From Paramoeba atlantica (lineage: Eukaryota > Protista > Discosea), in assembly GCA_977017575.1 (NCBI GenBank), contig CDRNVI010000014.1:62001-126000 (forward strand): a stretch of 64,000 bases of DNA, read 5' to 3'. The notes below the pieces were generated by a model. The model searched no databases. It saw only the letters and a list, made by a program, of their open reading frames with translations, and was not told the origin of the DNA. Positions within the stretch are counted from its first letter, which is position 1. Each line of letters opens with the position of its first letter. Shown here piece by piece: positions 54,299 through 64,000 of this stretch. The position numbers were made by a program, and so were the translations under genes.

Positions 54299-54850
54299 AT
54301 GGGCAAGAAAAAAGGGACTGATCCTCTGATTGACCAAAGCAACAACGATGCCACTGCCTCAGATTTAGGCCCAAACTCTGTGACACAAGCTTCGCAAGGA
54401 ACCGTTATTTCGGGTAGTAAAGGAAATTCGTGTTGCACAAAAACGGAATTAAAGATATGTATTCGTTTCGATCGAAACATAAGTCCCTCATTGATAGCGA
54501 CATACATGTCGGAACTAACGGAGGATGAGTGTGCAATGGCCGTCATGGAATTCGTGGAGCAGACTTTTGTGGACAAAAGTTTGGTAGATCGGGCTGAAAT
54601 GGCTTCGTTCCTTCTTGGTATTCGCGGTTCCCAGGACGCAGCAGACCTTGCCAAATTCGTACCGGAGGAACGCCATCGAAGTTCCCTCACAAGTATGCTT
54701 TTGGATCCCCCAAAAAAGGCTAAGAAGCACATTTCCCGCGAAGGAGAGAAAGAAGGGAGCCAATTGACAATGTGGACTGGGAGTGAGCGGCCTCCAGCGT
54801 TGGGGGGACAACTTTGGGAAGTACAAGAGGATAAATTTCAAACATTTGCT
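54299..54850 (+). pseudogene. Second copy of the YR-retroelement ORF1 homologue, interrupted by Tc1
   Basis: Colinear similarity with the 126-719 product, lost after GGQLWEVQ. Confidence 0.6.
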
Positions 54851-54911
54851 GCGGAGTGCAATGAAACGCAAAGTAAACAAAGAAAATCTTACTCCGTTTG
54901 CTATACTTTTT

Positions 54912-55929
54912 ATGCGCAGTACACCCAGTGATCTACGTAGGCTTGTTATAGAAAAACTAAAGAACGGATTATCAGTTCGGAAGATATCGTCAGATCTACA
55001 ATTAAGCGTAGGAAATGTAAGTAACATTAAGAAAAAATACCTTCCCAACTTAGTTAACAAACAAAAAACAGGTCGCCTTCGCAAGCTTACCGAGACATGT
55101 TCCAATCGCGTCCGCCGCCTTATCACCAGCGGTGCAACTAAGGATACAGTCGCTACTAGTAAACGGTTAAGAGATGAGGGAGTCGCATGTTTCACCTCAA
55201 CCCATTCGGGTTTCCCTTCGGAAGCGTGGTTTGAAGGGGAAGAAGAAATTACGGAAGCCCTACCTCACGAAGCGTCACAAAGCTCTACGTCTTGCTTTTG
55301 CAAAGAAGTACGAGCATTGGACGCACGCCGACTGAAGTCGTGTGCTCTTTACCGATGAAAGTAAGACCTACCGTTTTGAGTCGAACGGCAGCCGGTGGGC
55401 GTGGGTGAGCTTTGGGGAAGCACTTTCAGAGCGAAATACCCACAGCACCGTGAAGTACGGTGGAGGATCCATCATGGTATGGGGGCGTATGATGGCTCAC
55501 GGCGTGGGCTCCATTGCTCTGGTTCATGGCAACATGAATGCTCAACAATATGTTCAAATACTTCAACAGTATTTGCCTCCTTCCCTCCACAAGTTGGATG
55601 TCATGAAGGACCGGATCATCTTCCAACAAGACAATGATCCAAAGCACACGAGTAAGAAGGCTCGGGAATTCCTTCGTTTGGAAGAATTGTGTGTCCTAGA
55701 CTGGCCCCCGCAGTCTCCCGATTTAAATCCCATAGAGCACCTGTGGGGCGAGCTCAAAAAGTCAGCTGCGGATCACCCAGATCCTCCCGTAGGACTATTG
55801 GAACTTTGGGAACGCGCCCAAAAAGCGTGGGCAGACCTTCCTCCGAGTACGTCTCTTCCTCTTGTCCGCAGCATGCCCCGTCGTTTAAGGGCAGTGATTA
55901 GGGCGAAGGGGGGACTTACGAAGTATTAA
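54912..55929 (+). pseudogene. Tc1-family DD34E transposase with one frameshift (~55186) and one TGA (55333-55335)
   Basis: HTH (LSVRKISSDLQLSVGNV), HWTHAD*SRVLFTDESK, GGGSIMVWG, FQQDNDPKH...WPPQSPDLNPIEHLW (34-aa spacing), AKGGLTKY. Confidence 0.92.
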
Positions 55930-56277
55930 GTTTTGGTCATTTTGGTTTGGTAAGGGTGAAGTAAGACAGAGTTTTGGTAAAAAAAAATAATCTCAAAAAA
56001 ATAAAAAAAGCGTTCAAGTGTAGGGCTCGCATTATATCTTTCATAGTTTTTTAGAGTAAGATCGTTGATGAAGTCTAAGTACGTGGGAATGTAAGCACTA
56101 CTCCAGCCTACACTACTATAATATACTACTGCATTATCCTCTGCATCTCTTTTGTAAAATATAAAAACATTAAAATTCGTGAAAACATCTGAACACTTTT
56201 GTTAGTTACTGTATATAGTAGTTACTATATATTTATAGTATTCGAAAAAAAATTATAGTACTATAGTATATAGTATA

Positions 56278-57833
56278 CAGGGGTGCAAACCAGATGCTGG
56301 GGGGGTCTAAAATTAGCAATGTTTGCGCAATTTTGGAAAATAATAGCGCTTTCGAGAGCTCTCGCAGAGATCTATGTTTTGGCACTATTATCACGTTAAA
56401 AGAAAACAAATTTGAAAAAGATATTCTTTTTGAAAGTTTTCTACCCCCCTAAAAGTTGCAGATTTTTCAATTTTTGCAGATTTTTCCGTGCTTTTTTGTT
56501 TTTCAGCTCACTATTATGCCGCAAAAGCGATCCCTCTCTAAGCAAAACAGTAAAAGCTTATCTGATAGATCACATGAACCCCCGGGGCACACAAAATATT
56601 CACACAGGATGCTTCTCGTTAAAGATTACGAGAATACAAACTCCTACAGTGCCACTTGCCAAAGACGAGGCGTCCACGACAGCACTTTTAAGTTGTGGGT
56701 TAAGCGATTTGAGGAAACCGGGGATGTTGAACGTGCTACGCCTCCTCGCGAACGCACTGTGACAACGCCGGAGCTTCTTGAGGCATGCCGCGAAATTATT
56801 GACGCGTCCAACGCGACAAGTGCGCGAGGTTGTCCCTCGTGGAGTTTTATTCTTCGAGAGGTTAGGAAAAGGGGTTTCTCCTGCAGCAGGCCGACCCTAG
56901 TAAATTTTTTGAAGGACGAAGGGATGATCCAACGATCTTTTTCTAAAGGCCTGTTCTTAACTGAAGTTCACAAGGCCAAGCGACTAACATTTGCACTGAA
57001 AATGCAGAAGTGGTCCGTCGCACAACTTCGTCACATTATTTGGTGTGACGAAAAAAAGTTTACTTGTCAACTTGGGCGCGAAAGCCGTTCTTACATTTGC
57101 CGAGCAAGTGACCCTCCCAAGCCACCCCTAAAAGCTGCGCAAAAATGGTTTGGGGGGGATGGAGTAAACGTTTGGATGGGTATAAGCCTTATTTATGGAG
57201 TTTTTTATCACGTCTTTCCCGACAAGGACAGAAATGGGAAAGTTACGATTACTTCAAATGTTTTTAAAGCAGCTATGACAAAAAGGGGGGGTTTCTTAAG
57301 TTACTTGAAGCGTCATAGCGGTACTAGAGTTGCAATGGATAATGCTCCTTGTCACAATGGCACTTTTAAAACCTTTCGAGAAAACCAAGTCTTTGTTTTA
57401 GACTTTCCCCCAAAATCCCCAGATCTTAACCCTATTGAAAACATTTGGGACATCATTGACACCTTTATTAAAGATGGTACAAACCCAGAAAATAGGACTG
57501 AACTTTTGTATTCTATTGAAAAGGCGGTTGATTACATTAAAACAGATGGTCATGACATGCTCATAAATACTTTAAACAGCATGCCGCGGCGTTTCGACAT
57601 AGTAGTAGAAAAAAAGGGGAAAGTTGTAATTATTGAACGTACAAAATTTTCTTTCACTTTTTGCATTTTGACGTTTTTGGGCTTGTCCTCAGTTGACCAC
57701 CCCCTTACACCCCGGGAAACCGCCTACCCAAATACATAGATCTCTGCGAGAGCTCTCGAATGCGCTATTATTTTCCAAAATTGCGCAAACATTGCTAATT
57801 TTAGACCCCCCCAGCATCTGATTTGCACCCCTG
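56278..57833 (+). mobile_element. Near-intact 1556-bp Tc1/IS630-type transposon with ~100-bp TIRs and TA duplication
   Basis: TA|CAGGGGTGCAAACCAGATGCTGGGGGGGTCTAAAATTAGC...GCTAATTTTAGACCCCCCCAGCATCTGATTTGCACCCCTG|TA; about 3 mismatches between the arms. Confidence 0.95.
56516..57739 (+). CDS. Transposase, DD32E triad
   Basis: IIWCDEKKF; MDNAPCH...FPPKSPDLNPIENIW with 32 residues between D and E. The ATG lies 10 nt after TTTTTTGTTTTTCAG. Confidence 0.9.
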   Translation: MPQKRSLSKQNSKSLSDRSHEPPGHTKYSHRMLLVKDYENTNSYSATCQRRGVHDSTFKLWVKRFEETGDVERATPPRERTVTTPELLEACREIIDASNATSARGCPSWSFILREVRKRGFSCSRPTLVNFLKDEGMIQRSFSKGLFLTEVHKAKRLTFALKMQKWSVAQLRHIIWCDEKKFTCQLGRESRSYICRASDPPKPPLKAAQKWFGGDGVNVWMGISLIYGVFYHVFPDKDRNGKVTITSNVFKAAMTKRGGFLSYLKRHSGTRVAMDNAPCHNGTFKTFRENQVFVLDFPPKSPDLNPIENIWDIIDTFIKDGTNPENRTELLYSIEKAVDYIKTDGHDMLINTLNSMPRRFDIVVEKKGKVVIIERTKFSFTFCILTFLGLSSVDHPLTPRETAYPNT

Positions 57834-58989
57834 TATAGTGTACTATACATGTACATTATGTACATGTATGTGTATGTATATTACCCCCCCTGTATAGCAT
57901 TATAAATCTATAAAAATCTATACCAGGAAAAAGTGCTCAAAAACGTTTTGATGCTCTCTTTTAGCACGAACGGCACCAAGTACAAAGTCAGTTTATGACA
58001 GGCTTAGTCAAGTTTCTTATGTTTCGCGGTAGAAAACATATTTTTCAGTTTTTTTGATTGTGCTTCTTCCGCCAAAGGAAGAAAAGAAGTTACAAGGACT
58101 CTCTTTTGAGGGAAAAAATCAACCAAAGCCGTCAAAAATCCTTCAAAAAATTATAAATTTTTATATATAGTATTTGAAAAATTATAATACTGTATAGTAC
58201 TATAATTATAAATTTTGTAGATTTTCAGACCCGTCTTTATTAAAGGATCTCAAAGGAACTACTATCCCCACTTATTTAATAGGGCTACGTGCGACCCCCC
58301 CTTTAATAGGACCATTTTGTCTGGAAGGCTAAAATAGATTTCAGGTAAGGTCAAAAAGTTTGTCGAATCCGCCGCGAAGGGGCGGATTTTTCGTGTCTAC
58401 CCCAGCAAAAAAAAGTGTATCAAAAGGGAGCAGGACCTTGTTTAGCAACGATAAAAAAAGGCGCTTTTTTCTTTCATATTATTTTCCATGTCCCCCTCCC
58501 TTGATTAGGGCCTTTTGCCCAAAGTCGGACACAAGTTTCATTGAATCGCTTGTTTACCTCCATCCGTGCGACACTTCAATAAAATAATCTTTGCAGAAAT
58601 TACCCCTCGCAACTTTTATTTTGGGCATCAATTTTCGGGTTTAAAAATAAGAAAAATCATACAAAACTGAATTTTCTGTGTATTTATGGCGTGCTGGTGA
58701 GCTTAAAAGTGCTTACAAAGCGAAACAAAAAAATGCAGTTTTTATAGTTTTTAAAAAAGTTTATAATAACACTATAAACTTTGAAAGCAGATAAATAAAT
58801 AAATCCCAATAGAAGACATAAACTGACTAATGTTTGCCGTCACATTTAAATGATTTTGAATTATTAGTAATATTAGTAATATTACAAGTTTACAGTACTA
58901 TATTGATAGTTTTATAGTTTCTGCGAACCTTGAATAAATACTTTATAAGTATTTATAAGAGGGCTGAAAGTCTACTACGAGAAACGTAG

Positions 58990-59958
58990 TCACGTTAACT
59001 GTCCATCGCTTTCGGATTTACGTGAAATTTTCATCTTTTTGAGTGCGTAGCTTTCTGGGGTATATCTGGTTACAGAACTGTCCATTTCATGACGGCTTCT
59101 GGAAGCCCATTTTTCGTAGATCACAGCCTCAATAGCGTTGCCATCCAGGTGAATGTATTTTTCATTTAAACCTGATGCTGTAAAATCCACATCTCCCTCG
59201 AGTTCATTATTCGAAACATCAAGACTTCTTAGCCTTGAGGGAAGTGAAGAGACATCCAGTTTCCCTTCAAACTTGTTGTGTCCGAGGTAAAGCTTGTGCA
59301 TTGTACAGGGAAGGTGTACAAGATCAAGCGTACCACTTAATTGATTAAAACTTAACGAAAGCTGAGATATTCTTGCAGGCAATGCTGAAAGGTCTATCGT
59401 GCCCTCGAATAAATTGCGGGCAGCACGAATTTGTTCAATATTAGGGGGCAGCTGAGTGAGATCGACGGGGCCTTCGAATCGGTTCGTTGATAGAATGAGG
59501 GTTTTCATCGGTGCTGGAAGTGTTGTGAATCCGAATACTCCGTGATGGTGATGCGCTTCAACATTAAAGTACTCCATTAGGGCGGTCAAATCGGTGGAGG
59601 ATAATGCCCCTTCCAGTTTTGTTGGATTCCTATACATATCACGTTGTACGTTAACTTCTACTACATGTGGGGGCAGGAATTGCCATGTGAGATTTCCAGA
59701 GAGACCCAAACGCTTCCACTGAAGGTGTGTGACTTGAGACTCACCGTTACACTTCACTCCTTTCCAAGAACATGCGCAAGGTCGCTTTTTCCATGTTGGA
59801 GGCTGGCCCTCGACATACTGGATGAGCCGACGCATCATGTCAGTTTCGGACATTGTAACCGAGCTAACTTTGCTACCGAATTTTCGTCGCTTTTGCGGAG
59901 GTGGCTGCGGAGAATCGTCTACTGCAAAAATAAAACAAACCAGTATCAGATTGAACAT
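58990..59958 (-). CDS. LRR protein (duplicate of 51268-52233)
   Basis: Near-identical protein with scattered substitutions; true ATG at 59958. Confidence 0.9.
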   Translation of the reverse strand: MFNLILVCFIFAVDDSPQPPPQKRRKFGSKVSSVTMSETDMMRRLIQYVEGQPPTWKKRPCACSWKGVKCNGESQVTHLQWKRLGLSGNLTWQFLPPHVVEVNVQRDMYRNPTKLEGALSSTDLTALMEYFNVEAHHHHGVFGFTTLPAPMKTLILSTNRFEGPVDLTQLPPNIEQIRAARNLFEGTIDLSALPARISQLSLSFNQLSGTLDLVHLPCTMHKLYLGHNKFEGKLDVSSLPSRLRSLDVSNNELEGDVDFTASGLNEKYIHLDGNAIEAVIYEKWASRSRHEMDSSVTRYTPESYALKKMKISRKSESDGQLT

Positions 59959-60006
59959 TGTGGCTGCAATTAAAAAAAGAATTGTTTTATAGCTGTTGAA
60001 ATACAA

Positions 60007-61503
60007 TTTTTTTTTATGTACTTTTCCAACTTTCCCACTCTCCACACTTACAATCCTTCACATTACTTCCTTCCTTCCCCCCCTTCCTGCCCCTGACCAC
60101 ACTCACTTCCCTTCCCCCACTTACGCCCTACCCCACTGACGGACTCGTCCGCGCGGGGGCCCATGTAGTCCAGAACCTCCGCTCCCACCCCGTTAGCAGT
60201 ATCAGATGGTTTGTGTTGCTGTACGAGGGTGGGAGACATGGAGGAGACGAGGCGCAAAGACGCCGTCGCGCCAAAGGGGAAAAGCGGCAAGAGAGACATG
60301 GCGGGACCGACGCGGAGACGAGGGGAAACGACGCCGCAGCCCATCGGTCTGGAACTCTACCTCCGTGAGCAAGTATAATATACTTTTTTTTTGGTGTGAA
60401 CACCCTAGGCCCACCGGAAGCCTACCCCGTAACACCGCGACGGTACCAATCTTGTAGCGCCGCCTGAACGATCTGGGCGTTGCCTTTCTGTATGGCCACC
60501 CCTATGGTCATAAGGATGTGGGAAAGGCATCCGTTCTTGTCAGATGTGTGGGCCCTGGCCACCTTGTTAAGGAAATTTAGGGTGTCCGGGCCGGGGACCT
60601 CATAGGTGGTGAATGCCAAGGGATATCTCCCCTGACGGCGGTCATCTCCTCATGAGACCGGCGCTTGTTGACCTCAGCAAGCCTGAGGGTGTGGGATGGT
60701 GTCGCAGCCTCCTTGTCCACGTAAGAGGAGGCCAAGAGATCTACGACGGTGACATCCACGAGGGCGAGCTTCTTGCCCAACTGGAAGCAGATGTCCGGGC
60801 CTCGGCAATTGTCGAACCGAGGTTCGCACAGGTCCGGTTTAAACCCGTAGTGTAAGGCCTCCTTGACCTCCTTGTGACGGGAGGCCTGGGTCTTCCCCTT
60901 AACCTTTTTGCAATCCAGTGCGTGTACGCAAAACTCCTCGTTGCGGAGGGTTGCACCGCACACGCACTGGAGCTCAGGCTCCGAGGTGGGGGCGACCAAG
61001 TACCGGAGACGGGCCGCAGTCTCCCACTGCGGGTCCCGCATGTAATACTCCGGCCGGTTGGGCCACGCATTCATCCACTTAGTGGAATGAACGTTCTGAA
61101 TCTGTCGCATGCAGACCAGTTGCGTGGTGGACGGGGCTTTCCCGAGGGCCGCCTCGCAAAGGTAGCGGCGCTGATCTTTAGTCGACTGGCCTTGAGATAA
61201 GCCTTGCAGGACACTTTTAGCCTTGGCCTACATGCCCTTGGCCTTATGCTCGAAAGGGATGGTCCACAGGAAATCTGCCGTAAAAAGATCATTTGCGAAC
61301 GGCGTCTTTCCCGAGGGGCCCATCCCTCCGAGAGAGGCTTCGGCACATGCTATCACGGCCTTGTCGACCTGTGCGTTGGCTACTTTGGTAACCGGAGGCT
61401 TGTGAGTCCTCACGATGTAGTTCCATCGTGGGCTTCCGCACAGCCGTAGTAGTGGCAGGGCGCACTGCCTGGGAAGGTCCTTCAGTTTGTTGTCCTTCAG
61501 TCA
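60007..61503 (-). mobile_element. 1.5-kb insertion: 5'-truncated CRE-like 3' half (thumb, CCHC, REL endonuclease) + A9 + ~370 nt extra sequence + A9
   Basis: LPRQCALPLLRLC..RWNYIVRT; C-x-C-x7-H-x3-C; RHKEV; EPRFD..RGPDI; LVDVTV; AEVNK. T9 runs at 60384-60392 and 60007-60015. Absent from the paralogous locus at ~52275. Confidence 0.85.
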
Positions 61504-61630
61504 TTTGAATTAGTTTGTTGAGAAAACTAAATTTTGTTGAGACTACTATTTAACGCATGTCACTGAGACTCTGGAGCAATTGTATGAAGACACAGAAGAT
61601 GGATCTGGCCCGGAAGGACTTTAGGATTCC

Positions 61631-62182
61631 TTGAAACACCTTCAAGGATTCCTTCAACCTTCACCAGGATTCCTTCAAACTCACACGACTCGGCTATCGA
61701 AAAATCATAACATGGATTTTTGGAAAGATACAGTATGGTTTGATCCCGTATTTTTCGCTGAATTCTGTCAACCATACAATTTGCCTTGCATTTCTGTCGA
61801 GCGTGCCAATAACCTCTTTGATCGAGACTTAGGTTTTGCGAACCAACATGCTCCTCTATTTTCCACTACTGAGATGGACTGGAAAGAATACGTTTCCTGT
61901 ACGAACTTTGAAGGGGATCCCGTCTTGCGTCACAATGAATACGTCTACTGGTGTACTCTTGGCAATAAACTTTTTCCATCGATTGCTTTTGCTGCCCGCC
62001 ACTATGTCTGGGCTCCTCCAATGGTAAAAAAATGTGATTCGTGGCTGTCCATTTTAGCTTACATGTACAGTCCCCACCAATACAGTCCTCTCCCTCATGT
62101 TATTGCCCATCGCATTTTTATTCGTGGAAATTTGGACAAGTTGAAGCCCATTAAAAGTCATTCTGCATCGATAAAAGGATAA
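61631..62182 (+). pseudogene. hAT transposase C-terminal dimerisation-domain remnant
   Basis: YWCTLGNKLFPSIAFAARHYVWAPP...CDSWLS...HRIFIRGN follows the hATC pattern W....FP.L...AR.YL..P.....ER.FS...F++.N. Confidence 0.7.
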
Positions 62183-62327
62183 ACAGAAGCAAATTTAGCT
62201 TTTCGTATATGAATCCTAGCTCTACTTCGAAGCTACTCTCCTTCAATACTAGTTCTATACTGGTACAATGAATTAAACTTAATTTCTTTCTTCAATATCT
62301 TAAGACTTTCTTACATAACTTCGCCAG

Positions 62328-63813
62328 TTTTAATGTTCATGCGCTCGTCATGGCGCCGAGATACAGCCCTTGATGCGACAGCCGATATCATCGGCACAAT
62401 CCGTAATGACGGATGTCGCACCAAGGGGGTTTAGCTCGGACTCTGTCGGTAGAGGTGGTCCAGGTAACTCGCCCTCTCTTTACGCAGCCGGAGGGGCGCA
62501 CTGCAACCGACTCGGTCCCAGTCGGTAGAGGTGGTCCAGGCAACTCGCCACCTCTTTACGCAGCCGGAGGGGTGCACTGCAACCGACCACTGCCTCGCGA
62601 TAAGACGAGGCAGAGCCACGCCCAGTGGTGCTCAAGGGAGGCCACCATGGCGCATGGCTCCCCGGGAAGGAAAGGGCGCGAAAGGAAGAAATCCGGGGAG
62701 GGAAGAAAACTCACTCAAAGAGTGAGCCGGGGAGGGGTGATGGGGTGGAAGTGCGTCGCCTACTTCGCCGAGAAAGAGGGACAGTTTCGGCCTTAGTGCG
62801 GGCCGGCAACGGGCATATAACAGTAAGACTATGCTCGTTGCCGAGGAAAGAAAAGATGAACTAAAGGAAAATGTACCAACAAGGTACAGAAACTGTATCT
62901 TTGTAAGATGAATATACTTAAAGGTGAATATACTTGAAGAATATACTTGAAGATGAATGCAATGAGTCTGTAAGTTCTCCAAGATTCTTAGCATGACATC
63001 ATCGGCGTTCCTCTTCAAACCAGCATTCCCCGAAGCACCATACTTTCCGTTTACGTTTTGGTGCACCACCACTTTGCGACAATGAGTTTCATCCTAGCCT
63101 CACTGCGTCTCCGACTCCCGTCCTATGTGAAGTGCCAGCCGTGGGTTGCTACGGCGGGCTCGCCCGCCGGTCCGCAAGGACCGACCGTACGCATCGGAGT
63201 AACATCCGAGCCGTCGAGCCCCCTCGCGTGGACGGTAGAGGATCCATAGCCTGTCAAGGCCAAATGGGTGCAAAATTAGATTAGATTAGATGAGTTTCAT
63301 GTGTTAGGGCGACTTGTGTACTTTTCTGTAGCACAAAACTTTCAGGACTACCAGCTTATGACTTTTGATTCATTCGATTTCCTCGGTCTAAAGAGCTACT
63401 TTGTTTAATATGAGGCCACGCCGACAAGAAAACCTAACACACCCTTGACAAGGCATAAAAGAATCACCAAAAACCTAAAAATGAACCTACTAGTTTATAA
63501 AAGGGGAAAAAATTATGCCGAAAAATGAAGAAAAATTCTGAACGTGAAAAGGCTAAATTTGCTTCAGTTCACCCGACGGTGCTTATGAGGAAGATTCGTT
63601 TGAGAGAGATGAATTAGATCTTCGGATAAGTAATGAGTCAGATGACGATCAAACAGAAATGTATCCATGAAATTTGCAGCTTTTGATCTTCAGTGTACGC
63701 AATTAGTTTCTTACTTATACTGTGACCCCCCTCTTCAATATGCATCCCCCCTTACCCCCCTTTAATACGCACAAAATTGAAGCTGAAGAAAAGTTTTGTA
63801 GTGGGACCTAATT
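62328..63813. repeat. Structured SL-containing repeat, copy 3
   Basis: Colinear with 26251-27720 up to GACCTAATT. Confidence 0.9.
62873..62903 (-). ncRNA. Spliced-leader exon-like segment
   Basis: Minus strand CAAAGATACAGTTTCTGTACCTTGTTG|GTAC. Confidence 0.7.
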
Positions 63814-63870
63814 GATTTTTACTTTTTTATATTCTTTTTAGAAAATCACTTAGGCTACCAACTTCGGACA

Positions 63871-64000
63871 ATTGCGGTGGTTGTATAACTACCGCTCTAC
63901 CCTCGATTATTGAAAAAAAGTGAACAAAAACAGTGAAAATATAAAGAGGAACACAGTAATATAATAGAAGAAAAATATATAAAAGGGGCTCACGTGGTCC
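63871..64000 (-). mobile_element. Hairpin-ended family, small-hairpin end, running off the window
   Basis: ATTGCGGTGGTTGTATAACTACCGC plus the shared AT-rich body. Confidence 0.8.

Noticed and set aside
321-55335. Single in-frame stops in otherwise open TE frames (TAA 321, TAA 5199, TGA at a conserved Trp 55333) as a sign of stop-codon reassignment
   Set aside because: Host genes terminate normally with TAG, TGA and TAA (e.g. HMG TAG, TRAP1 TGA) and use TGG for Trp. Point mutation in dead elements is sufficient.
58884-58906. ACAAGTTTACAGTACTATATTG resembling a T. brucei SL 3' end (also a 14/15 match at ~24481-24495)
   Set aside because: It lies in TATAGT/ACTATA-rich low-complexity DNA, needs gaps and lacks the GT. 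It is compatible with chance.

Overview
This window is eukaryotic, intron-less and repeat-rich. Every recognisable host gene lies on the minus strand, several with polypyrimidine+AG sites just upstream. Together with KAP-like HMG proteins, CRE-like and VIPER/TATE-like retroelements, a large intron-less LRR family and spliced-leader (SL)-like sequence, this points to a kinetoplastid. A Perkinsela-like prokinetoplastid is my best guess (inference, not verified). Host genes: two HMG-box (KAP-like) proteins, about 15 LRR genes/pseudogenes, an HhH+SAP+PADR1 protein, an EF-hand/TMEM65-like protein, a BAG6-like UBL protein, a possible Cwc15, mitochondrial HSP90 (TRAP1-type) and a few orphans. Mobile DNA: pogo, two Tc1/IS630 lineages (one near-intact DD32E element with ~100-bp TIRs), a hAT remnant, several TA-flanked MITEs, a tyrosine-recombinase retroelement, CRE-like non-LTR fragments (one with an apparent 3' transduction) and a non-autonomous family with hairpins at both ends. 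The most unusual object is a three-copy, highly structured non-coding repeat carrying the 3' two-thirds of a kinetoplastid SL exon plus GTA. All alignments and folds were done by eye; coordinates of decayed elements are approximate.
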